NCBI GenBank assembly: GCA_965203295.1
Contig: CBDBCZ010000019.1
Location: 2,144,001-2,208,000 of the forward strand
Direction: 5' to 3'
DNA length: 64,000 nucleotides
Origin: Nitrospirales bacterium
GTDB taxonomy: Bacteria > Nitrospirota > Nitrospiria > Nitrospirales > UBA8639
A model generated the notes under the pieces. It did no database searches and had not been told where the DNA came from. It was given only the letters and a program-made list of their open reading frames with translations. Each line of letters opens with the position of its first letter. Position 1 is the stretch's first letter. Position numbers and translations under genes: made by a program. Below are positions 62,879 to 64,000 of this stretch, piece after piece.

Positions 62879-64000
62879 CTAACTGACTTTCGGGGCTGTG
62901 ATCCGTCTCGCTTGAGCGATTTGTCGCAATTCATCAGCTTTGGCTTCTCCCTCTATCCTCACGTTTCGGTACATAGACAAAGCCCAAAGCGGAAAATATT
63001 GAGCATAACCATGATATCGCAGATAAAACACCCGAGGGAATCCGGTGCCCGTATGAAGAGGTTCATTCCATGACCCATCTTGTCGCTGATGGCGAAGAAG
63101 AAAATTTATTCCTCGTACAACATTCAGAGAATCTGAAACACCAGCTGCAAGCAAAGCGAGAAGGGCCCAGGCCGTTTGGGATGGAGTGCTTTCTCCTTGT
63201 CCTGCCCAATCTTGATCAGCGTAGGACAGGCAGGACTCTCCCCACCCTCCATCGACGTTCTGGCTAGACTCCAACCATAAGACCGCCTTCTGAATCCAAG
63301 GTGCTGACATGTCCTCACCAATGGCTCGTAGTCCTGCCAAGACCGACCAGGTCCCATAAATATAATTGACCCCCCACCGACCGTACCAACTCCCATTGAG
63401 TTCCTGCTCACGCCGAAGAAAGTCAATGGCAGGACCCGCAGAGGGATGAGAGCGGTCATACCCTAAGGTCCCCAGCATCTCGAGGCATCGTCCAGCCAGG
63501 TCAGCCGTACTAGGGTCAAGGAGGGCCTGATGGTCAGCAAAAGGAATTTTATTAAAAATAAGGCGATTGTTATTCTTATCGTAAGCGCCCCATCCCCCAT
63601 CTGAGCCTTGCATACCGAGTGCCCATTCAAACCCGTGGCGAATATGGTCATCCTGATCAGCTGGAAGTTCTTGTGACAGTTTTGCCAAGGCCATCACAAC
63701 TGTCGCGGTATCATCAATATCAGGATACAGTTTATTTTCGAACTGGAAATACCATCCTCCTGGTCGTACACCGGGAGCAGAGATAACCCAATCCGCCTCA
63801 CACTGTGATTGCTTTGACCGCAACCAATTCGCAGCCTGTCCCAATCGCGGATTTTCTATTGGGAATCCATTCTCAACCAAGACGTTAATCATCAAAGCTG
63901 TATCCCAAATCGGAGAATGACAGGGTTGAAGATGCAGTGTCGCAGGCAGCCCTCTATTTTCACCTCTAGGGGTACGAACCTCCAGTTCCTCAATTTCTTT
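62879..64000 (-). CDS. shc: Squalene-hopene cyclase, 5'-truncated by the window edge
   Basis: QPCHSPIWDT, YPDIDDTA, QW repeats (QGSDGGWGAYD, QELNGSWYGRWG), TGTGFPRVFYLRYH. Confidence 0.97.
   Translation of the reverse strand, partial: KEIEELEVRTPRGENRGLPATLHLQPCHSPIWDTALMINVLVENGFPIENPRLGQAANWLRSKQSQCEADWVISAPGVRPGGWYFQFENKLYPDIDDTATVVMALAKLSQELPADQDDHIRHGFEWALGMQGSDGGWGAYDKNNNRLIFNKIPFADHQALLDPSTADLAGRCLEMLGTLGYDRSHPSAGPAIDFLRREQELNGSWYGRWGVNYIYGTWSVLAGLRAIGEDMSAPWIQKAVLWLESSQNVDGGWGESCLSYADQDWAGQGESTPSQTAWALLALLAAGVSDSLNVVRGINFLLRHQRQDGSWNEPLHTGTGFPRVFYLRYHGYAQYFPLWALSMYRNVRIEGEAKADELRQIAQARRITAPKVS

Overview
Core chromosome of a nitrite-oxidising Nitrospirales bacterium, inferred from the five-subunit 2-oxoglutarate:ferredoxin oxidoreductase of the reverse TCA cycle, the Nitrospira-type cytochrome bc/bd-like oxidase/NxrC-like cluster and hopanoid genes. 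Most genes lie on the minus strand. In coordinate order: minor type IV pilin cluster with a broken pilD; luxR, rlmB, cysS, yqaA, surE; forADECB; M23 peptidase, cutA, thrH, a glyoxylate reductase and a CaCA exchanger; then a ~20 kb Na+/inorganic-carbon region (nuoM-like, nuoL/DabB-like, mrpDCBB'GFE, dabA, mpsC, sulP, a decayed sigma-54 two-component module, nhaD); tadA, tRNA-Ser, tRNA-Thr, ubiA; a 12 kb respiratory cluster; hpnH, tRNA-Cys, ispG, dxs, an hpnM/mlaC-like gene, a MITE-like element, hpnG and partial shc. Most notable: (1) three copies of a conserved leader RNA motif (GUAGGRURGCY...GCGACAGUACAAGC), each overlapping an intrinsic terminator, upstream of the mrp operon, sulP and nhaD. 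Two copies are preceded by a second shared motif. This looks like a tandem riboswitch regulon. (2) A DabA-type CO2-hydrating subunit whose NuoL-like partner lies downstream of an MBH-ordered Mrp Na+ module, with a triplicated amphipathic-helix segment in NuoL. (3) Gene decay confined to apparently dispensable genes. All calls come from reading motifs by eye; no searches were run.
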